Shown here: positions 14,519 to 29,500 of the stretch, in pieces
Layout: every line of letters begins with the position of its first letter
Position numbering within the stretch: the first letter of the stretch is position 1
Assembly (NCBI GenBank): GCA_964016885.1
Contig: OZ024759.1
Location: 5,580,001-5,644,000, forward strand
Direction: 5' to 3'
Length of the DNA: 64,000 nucleotides
Source of the DNA: Eledone cirrhosa
Lineage: Eukaryota
Program-made: the position numbers and the translations under genes
Notes under the pieces: model-generated
Told to the model about the DNA's origin: nothing
The model's database searches: none
Seen by the model: the letters and a program-made list of their open reading frames with translations, nothing else

Positions 14519-17500
14519 TATGGTATTAGCTGTCAGAAGTAACTCCAATGTTGGTGAGAATTCATTTAAGTTCATGGTATTAGCTGTCAGAAGTAACTCC
14601 AATGTTGGTGAGAATTCATTTAAGTTCATGTTATTAGCTGTCAGAAGTAACTCCACTGTTGGTGAGAATTCATTTAAGTTCATGGTACTAGCTGTCAGAA
14701 GTAACTCCACTGTTGGTGAGAATTCATTTAAGTTCATGGTATTAGTTTGTCAGAAGTAACTCCACTGTTGGTGAGAATTCATTTAAGTCATGGTATTAGC
14801 TGTCAGAAGTAACTCCAATGTTGGTGAGAATTCATTTAATTTCATGGTATTAGCTGTCAGAAGTAACTCCACTGTTGGTGAGAATTCATTTAAGTTCATG
14901 GTATTAGCTGTCAGAAGTAACTCCACTGTTGGTGAGAATTCATTTAAGTTCATGGTACTAGCTGTCAGAAGTAACTCCACTGTTGGTGAGAATTCATTTA
15001 AGTTCATGGTATTAGTTTGTCAGAAGTAACTCCACTGTTGGTGAGAATTCATTTAAGTCATGGTATTAGTTGTCAGAAGTAACTCCAATGTTGGTGAGAA
15101 TTCATTTAAGTTCATGGTATTAGCTGTCAGAAGTAACTCCAATGTTGGTGAGAATTCATTTAAGTTCATGGTATTAGCTGTCAGAAGTAACTCCACTGTT
15201 GGTGAGAATTCATTTAAGTCATGGTATTAGCTGTCAGAAGTAACTCCATTGTTGGTGAGAATTCATTTAAGTCATGGTACTAGCTGTCAGAAATAACTCC
15301 ACTGTTGGTGAGAATTCATTTAAGTTCATGGTATTAGTTTGTCAGAAGTAACTCCACTGTTGGTGAGAATTCATTTAAGTCATGGTATTAGTTGTCAGAA
15401 GTAACTCCAATGTTGGTGAGAATTCATTTAAGTTCATGGTACTAGCTGTCAGAAGTAACTCCATTGTTGGTGAGAATTCATTTAAGTTCATGGTACTAGC
15501 TGTCAGAAGTAACTCCACTGTTGGTGAGAATTCATTTAAGTTCATGGTATTAGTTTGTCAGAAGTAACTCCACTGTTGGTGAGAATTCATTTAAGTTCAT
15601 GGTATTAGCTGTCAGAAGTCACTCCACTGTTGGTGAGAATTCATTTAAGTTCATGGTACTAGCTGTCAGAAGTAACCCCAATATTGGTGAGAATTCATTT
15701 AAGTTCATGGTATTAGCTGTCAGAAGTCACTCCAATGTTGGTGAGAATTCATTTAAGTTCATGGTATTAGCTGTCAGAAGTAACTCCACTGTTGGTGAGA
15801 ATTCATTTAAGTTCATGGTATTAGCTGTCAGAAGTAACTCCACTGTTGGTGAGAATTCATTTAAGTTCATGGTATTAGCTGTCAGAAGTAACTCCACTGT
15901 TGGTGAGAATTCATTTAAGTTCATGGTACTAGCTGTCAGAAGTAACTCCAATGTTGGTGAGAATTCATTTAAGTTCATGGTATTAGCTGTCAGAAGGAAC
16001 TCCACTGTTGGTGAGAATTCATTTAAGTTCATGGTATTAGCTGTCAGAAGTAACTCCACTGTTGGTGAGAATTCATTTAAGTTCATGGTACTAGCTGTCA
16101 GAAGTAACTCCAATGTTGGTGAGAATTCATTTAAGTTCATGGTATTAGCTGTCAGAAGTAACTCCACTGTTGGTGAGAATTCATTTAAGTCATGGTATTA
16201 GTTTGTCAGAAGTAACTCCACTGTTGGTGAGAATTCATTTAAGTTCATGGTACTAGCTGTCAGAAGTAACTCCACTGTTGGTGAGAATTCATTTAAGTTC
16301 ATGGTATTAGTTTGTCAGAAGTAACTCCACTGTTGGTGAGAATTCATTTAAGTCATGGTATTAGCTGTCAGAAGTAACTCCAATGTTGGTGAGAATTCAT
16401 TTAATTTCATGGTATTAGCTGTCAGAAGTAACTCCACTGTTGGTGAGAATTCATTTAAGTTCATGGTATTAGCTGTCAGAAGTAACTCCACTGTTGGTGA
16501 GAATTCATTTAAGTTCATGGTACTAGCTGTCAGAAGTAACTCCACTGTTGGTGAGAATTCATTTAAGTTCATGGTATTAGTTTGTCAGAAGTAACTCCAC
16601 TGTTGGTGAGAATTCATTTAAGTCATGGTATTAGTTGTCAGAAGTAACTCCAATGTTGGTGAGAATTCATTTAAGTTCATGGTATTAGCTGTCAGAAGTA
16701 ACTCCAATGTTGGTGAGAATTCATTTAAGTTCATGGTATTAGCTGTCAGAAGTAACTCCACTGTTGGTGAGAATTCATTTAAGTCATGGTATTAGCTGTC
16801 AGAAGTAACTCCATTGTTGGTGAGAATTCATTTAAGTCATGGTACTAGCTGTCAGAAATAACTCCACTGTTGGTGAGAATTCATTTAAGTTCATGGTATT
16901 AGTTTGTCAGAAGTAACTCCACTGTTGGTGAGAATTCATTTAAGTCATGGTATTAGTTGTCAGAAGTAACTCCAATGTTGGTGAGAATTCATTTAAGTTC
17001 ATGGTACTAGCTGTCAGAAGTAACTCCATTGTTGGTGAGAATTCATTTAAGTTCATGGTACTAGCTGTCAGAAGTAACTCCACTGTTGGTGAGAATTCAT
17101 TTAAGTTCATGGTATTAGTTTGTCAGAAGTAACTCCACTGTTGGTGAGAATTCATTTAAGTTCATGGTATTAGCTGTCAGAAGTCACTCCACTGTTGGTG
17201 AGAATTCATTTAAGTTCATGGTACTAGCTGTCAGAAGTAACCCCAATATTGGTGAGAATTCATTTAAGTTCATGGTATTAGCTGTCAGAAGTCACTCCAA
17301 TGTTGGTGAGAATTCATTTAAGTTCATGGTATTAGCTGTCAGAAGTAACTCCACTGTTGGTGAGAATTCATTTAAGTTCATGGTATTAGCTGTCAGAAGT
17401 AACTCCACTGTTGGTGAGAATTCATTTAAGTTCATGGTATTAGCTGTCAGAAGTAACTCCACTGTTGGTGAGAATTCATTTAAGTTCATGGTACTAGCTG

Positions 17501-20500
17501 TCAGAAGTAACTCCAATGTTGGTGAGAATTCATTTAAGTTCATGGTATTAGCTGTCAGAAGGAACTCCACTGTTGGTGAGAATTCATTTAAGTTCATGGT
17601 ATTAGCTGTCAGAAGTAACTCCACTGTTGGTGAGAATTCATTTAAGTTCATGGTACTAGCTGTCAGAAGTAACTCCAATGTTGGTGAGAATTCATTTAAG
17701 TTCATGGTATTAGCTGTCAGAAGTAACTCCACTGTTGGTGAGAATTCATTTAAGTCATGGTATTAGTTTGTCAGAAGTAACTCCACTGTTGGTGAGAATT
17801 CATTTAAGTCATGGTATTAGTTGTCAGAAGTAACTCCAATGTTGGTGAGAATTCATTTAAGTTCATGGTACTAGCTGTCAGAAGTAACTCCATTGTTGGT
17901 GAGAATTCATTTAAGTTCATGGTATTAGCTGTCAGAAGTAACTTCACTGTTGGTGAGAATTCATTTAAGTTCATGGTACTAGCTGTCAGAATTAACTCCA
18001 CTGTTGGTGAGAATTCATTTAAGTTCATGGTATTAGCTGTCAGAAGTCACTCCAATGTTGGTGAGAATTCATTTAAGTTCATGGTATTAGCTGTCAGAAG
18101 TAACTCCACTGTTGGTGAGAATTCATTTAAGTTCATGGTACTAGCTGTCAGAAGTAACTCCACTGTTGGTGAGAATTCATTTAAGTTCATGGTATTAGTT
18201 TGTCAGAAGTAACTCCACTGTTGGTGAGAATTCATTTAAGTCATGGTATTAGTTGTCAGAAGTAACTCCAATGTTGGTGAGAATTCATTTAAGTTCATGG
18301 TATTAGCTGTCAGAAGTAACTCCAATGTTGGTGAGAATTCATTTAAGTTCATGGTATTAGCTGTCAGAAGTAACTCCACTGTTGGTGAGAATTCATTTAA
18401 GTCATGGTATTAGCTGTCAGAAGTAACTCCATTGTTGGTGAGAATTCATTTAAGTCATGGTACTAGCTGTCAGAAATAACTCCACTGTTGGTGAGAATTC
18501 ATTTAAGTTCATGGTATTAGTTTGTCAGAAGTAACTCCACTGTTGGTGAGAATTCATTTAAGTCATGGTATTAGTTGTCAGAAGTAACTCCAATGTTGGT
18601 GAGAATTCATTTAAGTTCATGGTACTAGCTGTCAGAAGTAACTCCATTGTTGGTGAGAATTCATTTAAGTTCATGGTACTAGCTGTCAGAAGTAACTCCA
18701 CTGTTGGTGAGAATTCATTTAAGTTCATGGTATTAGTTTGTCAGAAGTAACTCCACTGTTGGTGAGAATTCATTTAAGTTCATGGTATTAGCTGTCAGAA
18801 GTCACTCCACTGTTGGTGAGAATTCATTTAAGTTCATGGTACTAGCTGTCAGAAGTAACCCCAATATTGGTGAGAATTCATTTAAGTTCATGGTATTAGC
18901 TGTCAGAAGTCACTCCAATGTTGGTGAGAATTCATTTAAGTTCATGGTATTAGCTGTCAGAAGTAACTCCACTGTTGGTGAGAATTCATTTAAGTTCATG
19001 GTATTAGCTGTCAGAAGTAACTCCACTGTTGGTGAGAATTCATTTAAGTTCATGGTATTAGCTGTCAGAAGTAACTCCACTGTTGGTGAGAATTCATTTA
19101 AGTTCATGGTACTAGCTGTCAGAAGTAACTCCAATGTTGGTGAGAATTCATTTAAGTTCATGGTATTAGCTGTCAGAAGGAACTCCACTGTTGGTGAGAA
19201 TTCATTTAAGTTCATGGTATTAGCTGTCAGAAGTAACTCCACTGTTGGTGAGAATTCATTTAAGTTCATGGTACTAGCTGTCAGAAGTAACTCCAATGTT
19301 GGTGAGAATTCATTTAAGTTCATGGTATTAGCTGTCAGAAGTAACTCCACTGTTGGTGAGAATTCATTTAAGTCATGGTATTAGTTTGTCAGAAGTAACT
19401 CCACTGTTGGTGAGAATTCATTTAAGTCATGGTATTAGTTGTCAGAAGTAACTCCAATGTTGGTGAGAATTCATTTAAGTTCATGGTACTAGCTGTCAGA
19501 AGTAACTCCATTGTTGGTGAGAATTCATTTAAGTTCATGGTATTAGCTGTCAGAAGTAACTTCACTGTTGGTGAGAATTCATTTAAGTTCATGGTACTAG
19601 CTGTCAGAATTAACTCCACTGTTGGTGAGAATTCATTTAAGTTCATGGTATTAGCTGTCAGAAGTCACTCCAATGTTGGTGAGAATTCATTTAAGTTCAT
19701 GGTATTAGCTGTCAGAAGTAACTCCACTGTTGGTGAGAATTCATTTAAGTTCATGGTATTAGCTGTCAGAAGTAACTCCACTGTTGGTGAGAATTCTTTT
19801 AAGTTCATGGTATTAGCTGTCAGAAGTAACTCCACTGTTGGTGAGAATTCATTTAAGTTCATGGTACTAGCTGTCAGAAGTAACTCCAATGTTGGTGAGA
19901 ATTCATTTAAGTTCATGGTATTAGCTGTCAGAAGGAACTCCACTGTTGGTGAGAATTCATTTAAGTTCATGGTATTAGCTGTCAGAAGTAACTCCACTGT
20001 TGGTGAGAATTCATTTAAGTTCATGGTACTAGCTGTCAGAAGTAACTCCAATGTTGGTGAGAATTCATTTAAGTTCATGGTATTAGCTGTCAGAAGTAAC
20101 TCCACTGTTGGTGAGAATTCATTTAAGTCATGGTATTAGCTGTCAGAAGTAACTCCAATGTTGGTGAGAATTCATTTAAGTTCATGGTATTAGCTGTCAG
20201 AAGTAACTCCACTGTTGGTGAGAATTCATTTAAGTTCATGGTATTAGCTGTCAGAAGTAACTCCACTGTTGGTGAGAATTCATTTAAGTTCATGGTACTA
20301 GCTGTCAGAAGTAACTCCAATGTTGGTGAGAATTCATTTAAGTTCATGGTATTAGCTGTCAGAATTAACTCCACTGTTGGTGAGAATTCATTTAAGTTCA
20401 TGGTATTAGCTGTCAGAAGGAACTCCAATGTTGGTGAGAATTCATTTAAGTCATGGTACTAGCTGTCAGAAGAAACTCCACTGTTGGTGAGAATTCATTT

Positions 20501-23500
20501 AAGTTCATGGTATTAGCTGTCAGAAGGAACGCCACTGTTGGTGAGAATTCATTTAAGTTCATGGTATTAGCTGTCAGAAGTAACTCCACTGTTGGTGAGA
20601 ATTCATTTAAGTTCATGGTACTAGCTGTCAGAAGTAACTCCAATGTTGGTGAGAATTCATTTAAGTCATGGTACTAGCTGTCAGAAGTAACTCCACTGTT
20701 GGTGAGAATTCATTTAAGTTCATGGTATTAGCTGTCAGAAGTAACTCCACTGTTGGTGAGAATTCATTTAAGTCATGGTATTAGCTGTCAGAAGTAACTC
20801 CAATGTTGGTGAGAATTCATTTAAGTTCATGGTATTAGCTGTCAGAAGTAACTCCACTGTTGGTGAGAATTCATTTAAGTTCATGGTATTAGCTGTCAGA
20901 AGTAACCCCACTGTTGGTGAGAATTCATTTAAGTTCATGGTACTAGCTGTCAGAAGTAACTCCACTGTTGGTGAGAATTCATTTAAGTTTATGGTATTAG
21001 CTGTCAGAAGTAACTCCAATGTTGGTGAGAATTCATTTAAGTTCATGGTATTAGCTGTCAGAAGTAACTCCAATGTTGGTGAGAATTCATTTAAGTTCAT
21101 GTTATTAGCTGTCAGAAGTAACTCCACTGTTGGTGAGAATTCATTTAAGTTCATGGTACTAGCTGTCAGAAGTAACTCCACTGTTGGTGAGAATTCATTT
21201 AAGTTCATGGTATTAGTTTGTCAGAAGTAACTCCACTGTTGGTGAGAATTCATTTAAGTCATGGTATTAGCTGTCAGAAGTAACTCCAATGTTGGTGAGA
21301 ATTCATTTAATTTCATGGTATTAGCTGTCAGAAGTAACTCCACTGTTGGTGAGAATTCATTTAAGTTCATGGTATTAGCTGTCAGAAGTAACTCCACTGT
21401 TGGTGAGAATTCATTTAAGTTCATGGTACTAGCTGTCAGAAGTAACTCCACTGTTGGTGAGAATTCATTTAAGTTCATGGTATTAGCTGTCAGAAGTAAC
21501 TCCACTGTTGGTGAGAATTCATTTAAGTCATGGTATTAGCTGTCAGAAGTAACTCCATTGTTGGTGAGAATTCATTTAAGTCATGGTACTAGCTGTCAGA
21601 AATAACTCCACTGTTGGTGAGAATTCATTTAAGTTCATGGTATTAGTTTGTCAGAAGTAACTCCACTGTTGGTGAGAATTCATTTAAGTCATGGTATTAG
21701 TTGTCAGAAGTAACTCCAATGTTGGTGAGAATTCATTTAAGTTCATGGTACTAGCTGTCAGAAGTAACTCCATTGTTGGTGAGAATTCATTTAAGTTCAT
21801 GGTACTAGCTGTCAGAAGTAACTCCACTGTTGGTGAGAATTCATTTAAGTTCATGGTATTAGTTTGTCAGAAGTAACTCCACTGTTGGTGAGAATTCATT
21901 TAAGTTCATGGTATTAGCTGTCAGAAGTCACTCCACTGTTGGTGAGAATTCATTTAAGTTCATGGTACTAGCTGTCAGAAGTAACCCCAATATTGGTGAG
22001 AATTCATTTAAGTTCATGGTATTAGCTGTCAGAAGTCACTCCAATGTTGGTGAGAATTCATTTAAGTTCATGGTATTAGCTGTCAGAAGTAACTCCACTG
22101 TTGGTGAGAATTCATTTAAGTTCATGGTATTAGCTGTCAGAAGTAACTCCACTGTTGGTGAGAATTCATTTAAGTTCATGGTATTAGCTGTCAGAAGTAA
22201 CTCCACTGTTGGTGAGAATTCATTTAAGTTCATGGTACTAGCTGTCAGAAGTAACTCCAATGTTGGTGAGAATTCATTTAAGTTCATGGTATTAGCTGTC
22301 AGAAGGAACTCCACTGTTGGTGAGAATTCATTTAAGTTCATGGTATTAGCTGTCAGAAGTAACTCCACTGTTGGTGAGAATTCATTTAAGTTCATGGTAC
22401 TAGCTGTCAGAAGTAACTCCAATGTTGGTGAGAATTCATTTAAGTTCATGGTATTAGCTGTCAGAAGTAACTCCACTGTTGGTGAGAATTCATTTAAGTC
22501 ATGGTATTAGTTTGTCAGAAGTAACTCCACTGTTGGTGAGAATTCATTTAAGTTCATGGTACTAGCTGTCAGAAGTAACTCCACTGTTGGTGAGAATTCA
22601 TTTAAGTTCATGGTATTAGTTTGTCAGAAGTAACTCCACTGTTGGTGAGAATTCATTTAAGTCATGGTATTAGCTGTCAGAAGTAACTCCAATGTTGGTG
22701 AGAATTCATTTAATTTCATGGTATTAGCTGTCAGAAGTAACTCCACTGTTGGTGAGAATTCATTTAAGTTCATGGTATTAGCTGTCAGAAGTAACTCCAC
22801 TGTTGGTGAGAATTCATTTAAGTTCATGGTACTAGCTGTCAGAAGTAACTCCACTGTTGGTGAGAATTCATTTAAGTTCATGGTATTAGTTTGTCAGAAG
22901 TAACTCCACTGTTGGTGAGAATTCATTTAAGTCATGGTATTAGTTGTCAGAAGTAACTCCAATGTTGGTGAGAATTCATTTAAGTTCATGGTATTAGCTG
23001 TCAGAAGTAACTCCAATGTTGGTGAGAATTCATTTAAGTTCATGGTATTAGCTGTCAGAAGTAACTCCACTGTTGGTGAGAATTCATTTAAGTCATGGTA
23101 TTAGCTGTCAGAAGTAACTCCATTGTTGGTGAGAATTCATTTAAGTCATGGTACTAGCTGTCAGAAATAACTCCACTGTTGGTGAGAATTCATTTAAGTT
23201 CATGGTATTAGTTTGTCAGAAGTAACTCCACTGTTGGTGAGAATTCATTTAAGTCATGGTATTAGTTGTCAGAAGTAACTCCAATGTTGGTGAGAATTCA
23301 TTTAAGTTCATGGTACTAGCTGTCAGAAGTAACTCCATTGTTGGTGAGAATTCATTTAAGTTCATGGTACTAGCTGTCAGAAGTAACTCCACTGTTGGTG
23401 AGAATTCATTTAAGTTCATGGTATTAGTTTGTCAGAAGTAACTCCACTGTTGGTGAGAATTCATTTAAGTTCATGGTATTAGCTGTCAGAAGTCACTCCA

Positions 23501-26500
23501 CTGTTGGTGAGAATTCATTTAAGTTCATGGTACTAGCTGTCAGAAGTAACCCCAATATTGGTGAGAATTCATTTAAGTTCATGGTATTAGCTGTCAGAAG
23601 TCACTCCAATGTTGGTGAGAATTCATTTAAGTTCATGGTATTAGCTGTCAGAAGTAACTCCACTGTTGGTGAGAATTCATTTAAGTTCATGGTATTAGCT
23701 GTCAGAAGTAACTCCACTGTTGGTGAGAATTCATTTAAGTTCATGGTATTAGCTGTCAGAAGTAACTCCACTGTTGGTGAGAATTCATTTAAGTTCATGG
23801 TACTAGCTGTCAGAAGTAACTCCAATGTTGGTGAGAATTCATTTAAGTTCATGGTATTAGCTGTCAGAAGGAACTCCACTGTTGGTGAGAATTCATTTAA
23901 GTTCATGGTATTAGCTGTCAGAAGTAACTCCACTGTTGGTGAGAATTCATTTAAGTTCATGGTACTAGCTGTCAGAAGTAACTCCAATGTTGGTGAGAAT
24001 TCATTTAAGTTCATGGTATTAGCTGTCAGAAGTAACTCCACTGTTGGTGAGAATTCATTTAAGTCATGGTATTAGTTTGTCAGAAGTAACTCCACTGTTG
24101 GTGAGAATTCATTTAAGTCATGGTATTAGTTGTCAGAAGTAACTCCAATGTTGGTGAGAATTCATTTAAGTTCATGGTACTAGCTGTCAGAAGTAACTCC
24201 ATTGTTGGTGAGAATTCATTTAAGTTCATGGTATTAGCTGTCAGAAGTAACTCCACTGTTGGTGAGAATTCATTTAAGTTCATGGTACAAGCTGTCAGAA
24301 GTAACTCCACTGTTGGTGAGAATTCATTTAAGTGTCATGGTATTAGCTGTCAGAAGTAACTCCAATGTTGGTGAGAATTCATTTAAGTTCATGGTATTAG
24401 CTGTCAGAAGTAACTCCACTGTTGGTGAGAATTCATTTAAGTTCATGGTATTAGCTGTCAGAAGTAACTCCACTGTTGGTGAGAATTCATTTAAGTTCAT
24501 GGTACTAGCTGTCAGAAGTAACTCCACTGTTGGTGAGAATTCATTTAAGTTCATGGTATTAGTTTGTGAGAAGTAACTCCACTGTTGGTGAGAATTCATT
24601 TAAGTCATGGTATTAGCTGTCAGAAGTAACTCCAATGTTGGTGAGAATTCATTTAAGTTCATGGTATTAGCTTTCAGAAGTAACTCCACTGTTGGTGAGA
24701 ATTCATTTAAGTTCATGGTATTAGCTGTCAGAAGTAACTCCACTGTTGGTGAGAATTCATTTAAGTTCATGGTACTAGCTGTCAGAAGTAACTCCACTGT
24801 TGGTGAGAATTCATTTAAGTTCATGGTATTAGTTTGTCAGAAGTAACTCCACTGTTGGTGAGAATTCATTTAAGTCATGGTACTAGCTGTCAGAAGTAAC
24901 TCCACTGTTGGTGAGAATTCATTTAAGTTCATGGTATTAGCTGTCAGAAGGAACGCCACTGTTGGTGAGAATTCATTTAAGTTCATGGTATTAGCTGTCA
25001 GAAGTAACTCCACTGTTGGTGAGAATTCATTTAAGTTCATGGTACTAGCTGTCAGAAGTAACTCCAATGTTGGTGGGAATTCATTTAAGTTCATGGTATT
25101 AGCTGTCAGAAGGAACTCCACTGTTGGTGAGAATTCATTTAAGTTCATGGTATTAGCTGTCAGAAGTAACTTCACTGTTGGTGAGAATTCATTTAAGTTC
25201 ATGGTACTAGCTGTCAGAATTAACTCCACTGTTGGTGAGAATTCATTTAAGTTCATGGTATTAGCTGTCAGAAGTCACTCCAATGTTGGTGAGAATTCAT
25301 TTAAGTTCATGGTATTAGCTGTCAGAAGTAACTCCACTGTTGGTGAGAATTCATTTAAGTTCATGGTATTAGCTGTCAGAAGTAACTCCACTGTTGGTGA
25401 GAATTCTTTTAAGTTCATGGTATTAGCTGTCAGAAGTAACTCCACTGTTGGTGAGAATTCATTTAAGTTCATGGTACTAGCTGTCAGAAGTAACTCCAAT
25501 GTTGGTGAGAATTCATTTAAGTTCATGGTATTAGCTGTCAGAAGTAACTCCACTGTTGGTGAGAATTCATTTAAGTTCATGGTACTAGCTGTCAGAAGTA
25601 ACTCCACTGTTGGTGAGAATTCATTTAAGTTCATGGTATTAGTTTGTGAGAAGTAACTCCACTGTTGGTGAGAATTCATTTAAGTCATGGTATTAGCTGT
25701 CAGAAGTAACTCCAATGTTGGTGAGAATTCATTTAAGTTCATGGTATTAGCTTTCAGAAGTAACTCCACTGTTGGTGAGAATTCATTTAAGTTCATGGTA
25801 TTAGCTGTCAGAAGTAACTCCACTGTTGGTGAGAATTCATTTAAGTTCATGGTACTAGCTGTCAGAAGTAACTCCACTGTTGGTGAGAATTCATTTAAGT
25901 TCATGGTATTAGTTTGTCAGAAGTAACTCCACTGTTGGTGAGAATTCATTTAAGTCATGGTACTAGCTGTCAGAAGTAACTCCACTGTTGGTGAGAATTC
26001 ATTTAAGTTCATGGTATTAGCTGTCAGAAGGAACGCCACTGTTGGTGAGAATTCATTTAAGTTCATGGTATTAGCTGTCAGAAGTAACTCCACTGTTGGT
26101 GAGAATTCATTTAAGTTCATGGTACTAGCTGTCAGAAGTAACTCCAATGTTGGTGGGAATTCATTTAAGTTCATGGTATTAGCTGTCAGAAGGAACTCCA
26201 CTGTTGGTGAGAATTCATTTAAGTTCATGGTATTAGCTGTCAGAAGTAACTTCACTGTTGGTGGGAATTCATTTAAGTTCATGGTACTAGCTGTCAGAAG
26301 TAACTCCAATGTTGGTGAGAATTCATTTAAGTTCATGGTATTAGCTGTCAGAATTAACTCCACTGTTGGTGAGAATTCATTTAAGTTCATGGTATTAGCT
26401 GTCAGAAGGAACTCCAATGTTGGTGAGAATTCATTTAAGTCATGGTACTAGCTGTCAGAAGAAACTCCACTGTTGGTGAGAATTCATTTAAGTTCATGGT

Positions 26501-29500
26501 ATTAGCTGTCAGAAGGAACGCCACTGTTGGTGAGAATTCATTTAAGTTCATGGTATTAGCTGTCAGAAGTAACTCCACTGTTGGTGAGAATTCATTTAAG
26601 TTCATGGTACTAGCTGTCAGAAGTAACTCCAATGTTGGTGAGAATTCATTTAAGTCATGGTACTAGCTGTCAGAAGTAACTCCACTGTTGGTGAGAATTC
26701 ATTTAAGTTCATGGTATTAGTTTGTCAGAAGTAACTCCACTGTTGGTGAGAATTCATTTAAGTCATGGTATTAGTTGTCAGAAGTAACTCCAATGTTGGT
26801 GAGAATTCATTTAAGTTCATGGTATTAGCTGTCAGAAGTAACTCCACTGTTGGTGAGAATTCATTTAAGTTCATGGTACTAGCTGTCAGAAGTAACTCCA
26901 CTGTTGGTGAGAATTCATTTAAGTTCATGGTATTAGTTTGTCAGAAGTAACTCCACTGTTGGTGAGAATTCATTTAAGTCATGGTACTAGCTGTCAGATG
27001 TAACTCCAATGTTGGTGAGAATTCATTTAAGTTCATGGTATTAGCTGTCAGAAGTAACTCCACTGTTGGTGAGAATTCATTTAAGTTCATGGTACTAGCT
27101 GTCAGAAGTAACTCCAATGTTGGTGAGAATTCATTTAAGTTCATGGTATTAGCTGTCAGAAGTAACTCCACTGTTGGTGAGAATTCATTTAAGTCATGGT
27201 ATTAGCTGTCAGAAGTAACTCCAATGTTGGTGAGAATTCATTTAAGTTCATGGTATTAGCTGTCAGAAGTAACTCCACTGTTGGTGAGAATTCATTTAAG
27301 TTCATGGTATTAGCTGTCAGAAGTAACCCCACTGTTGGTGAGAATTCATTTAAGTTCATGGTACTAGCTGTCAGAAGTAACTCCACTGTTGGTGAGAATT
27401 CATTTAAGTTTATGGTATTAGCTGTCAGAAGTAACTCCAATGTTGGTGAGAATTCATTTAAGTTCATGGTATTAGCTGTCAGAAGTAACTCCAATGTTGG
27501 TGAGAATTCATTTAAGTTCATGTTATTAGCTGTCAGAAGTAACTCCACTGTTGGTGAGAATTCATTTAAGTTCATGGTACTAGCTGTCAGAAGTAACTCC
27601 ACTGTTGGTGAGAATTCATTTAAGTTCATGGTATTAGTTTGTCAGAAGTAACTCCACTGTTGGTGAGAATTCATTTAAGTCATGGTATTAGCTGTCAGAA
27701 GTAACTCCAATGTTGGTGAGAATTCATTTAATTTCATGGTATTAGCTGTCAGAAGTAACTCCACTGTTGGTGAGAATTCATTTAAGTTCATGGTATTAGC
27801 TGTCAGAAGTAACTCCACTGTTGGTGAGAATTCATTTAAGTTCATGGTACTAGCTGTCAGAAGTAACTCCACTGTTGGTGAGAATTCATTTAAGTTCATG
27901 GTATTAGTTTGTCAGAAGTAACTCCACTGTTGGTGAGAATTCATTTAAGTCATGGTATTAGTTGTCAGAAGTAACTCCAATGTTGGTGAGAATTCATTTA
28001 AGTTCATGGTATTAGCTGTCAGAAGTAACTCCAATGTTGGTGAGAATTCATTTAAGTTCATGGTATTAGCTGTCAGAAGTAACTCCACTGTTGGTGAGAA
28101 TTCATTTAAGTCATGGTATTAGCTGTCAGAAGTAACTCCATTGTTGGTGAGAATTCATTTAAGTCATGGTACTAGCTGTCAGAAATAACTCCACTGTTGG
28201 TGAGAATTCATTTAAGTTCATGGTATTAGTTTGTCAGAAGTAACTCCACTGTTGGTGAGAATTCATTTAAGTCATGGTATTAGTTGTCAGAAGTAACTCC
28301 AATGTTGGTGAGAATTCATTTAAGTTCATGGTACTAGCTGTCAGAAGTAACTCCATTGTTGGTGAGAATTCATTTAAGTTCATGGTACTAGCTGTCAGAA
28401 GTAACTCCACTGTTGGTGAGAATTCATTTAAGTTCATGGTATTAGTTTGTCAGAAGTAACTCCACTGTTGGTGAGAATTCATTTAAGTTCATGGTATTAG
28501 CTGTCAGAAGTCACTCCACTGTTGGTGAGAATTCATTTAAGTTCATGGTACTAGCTGTCAGAAGTAACCCCAATATTGGTGAGAATTCATTTAAGTTCAT
28601 GGTATTAGCTGTCAGAAGTCACTCCAATGTTGGTGAGAATTCATTTAAGTTCATGGTATTAGCTGTCAGAAGTAACTCCACTGTTGGTGAGAATTCATTT
28701 AAGTTCATGGTATTAGCTGTCAGAAGTAACTCCACTGTTGGTGAGAATTCATTTAAGTTCATGGTATTAGCTGTCAGAAGTAACTCCACTGTTGGTGAGA
28801 ATTCATTTAAGTTTATGGTATTAGCTGTCAGAAGTAACTCCAATGTTGGTGAGAATTCATTTAAGTTCATGGTATTAGCTGTCAGAAGTAACTCCAATGT
28901 TGGTGAGAATTCATTTAAGTTCATGTTATTAGCTGTCAGAAGTAACTCCACTGTTGGTGAGAATTCATTTAAGTTCATGGTACTAGCTGTCAGAAGTAAC
29001 TCCACTGTTGGTGAGAATTCATTTAAGTTCATGGTATTAGTTTGTCAGAAGTAACTCCACTGTTGGTGAGAATTCATTTAAGTCATGGTATTAGCTGTCA
29101 GAAGTAACTCCAATGTTGGTGAGAATTCATTTAATTTCATGGTATTAGCTGTCAGAAGTAACTCCACTGTTGGTGAGAATTCATTTAAGTTCATGGTATT
29201 AGCTGTCAGAAGTAACTCCACTGTTGGTGAGAATTCATTTAAGTTCATGGTACTAGCTGTCAGAAGTAACTCCACTGTTGGTGAGAATTCATTTAAGTTC
29301 ATGGTATTAGTTTGTCAGAAGTAACTCCACTGTTGGTGAGAATTCATTTAAGTCATGGTATTAGTTGTCAGAAGTAACTCCAATGTTGGTGAGAATTCAT
29401 TTAAGTTCATGGTATTAGCTGTCAGAAGTAACTCCAATGTTGGTGAGAATTCATTTAAGTTCATGGTATTAGCTGTCAGAAGTAACTCCACTGTTGGTGA

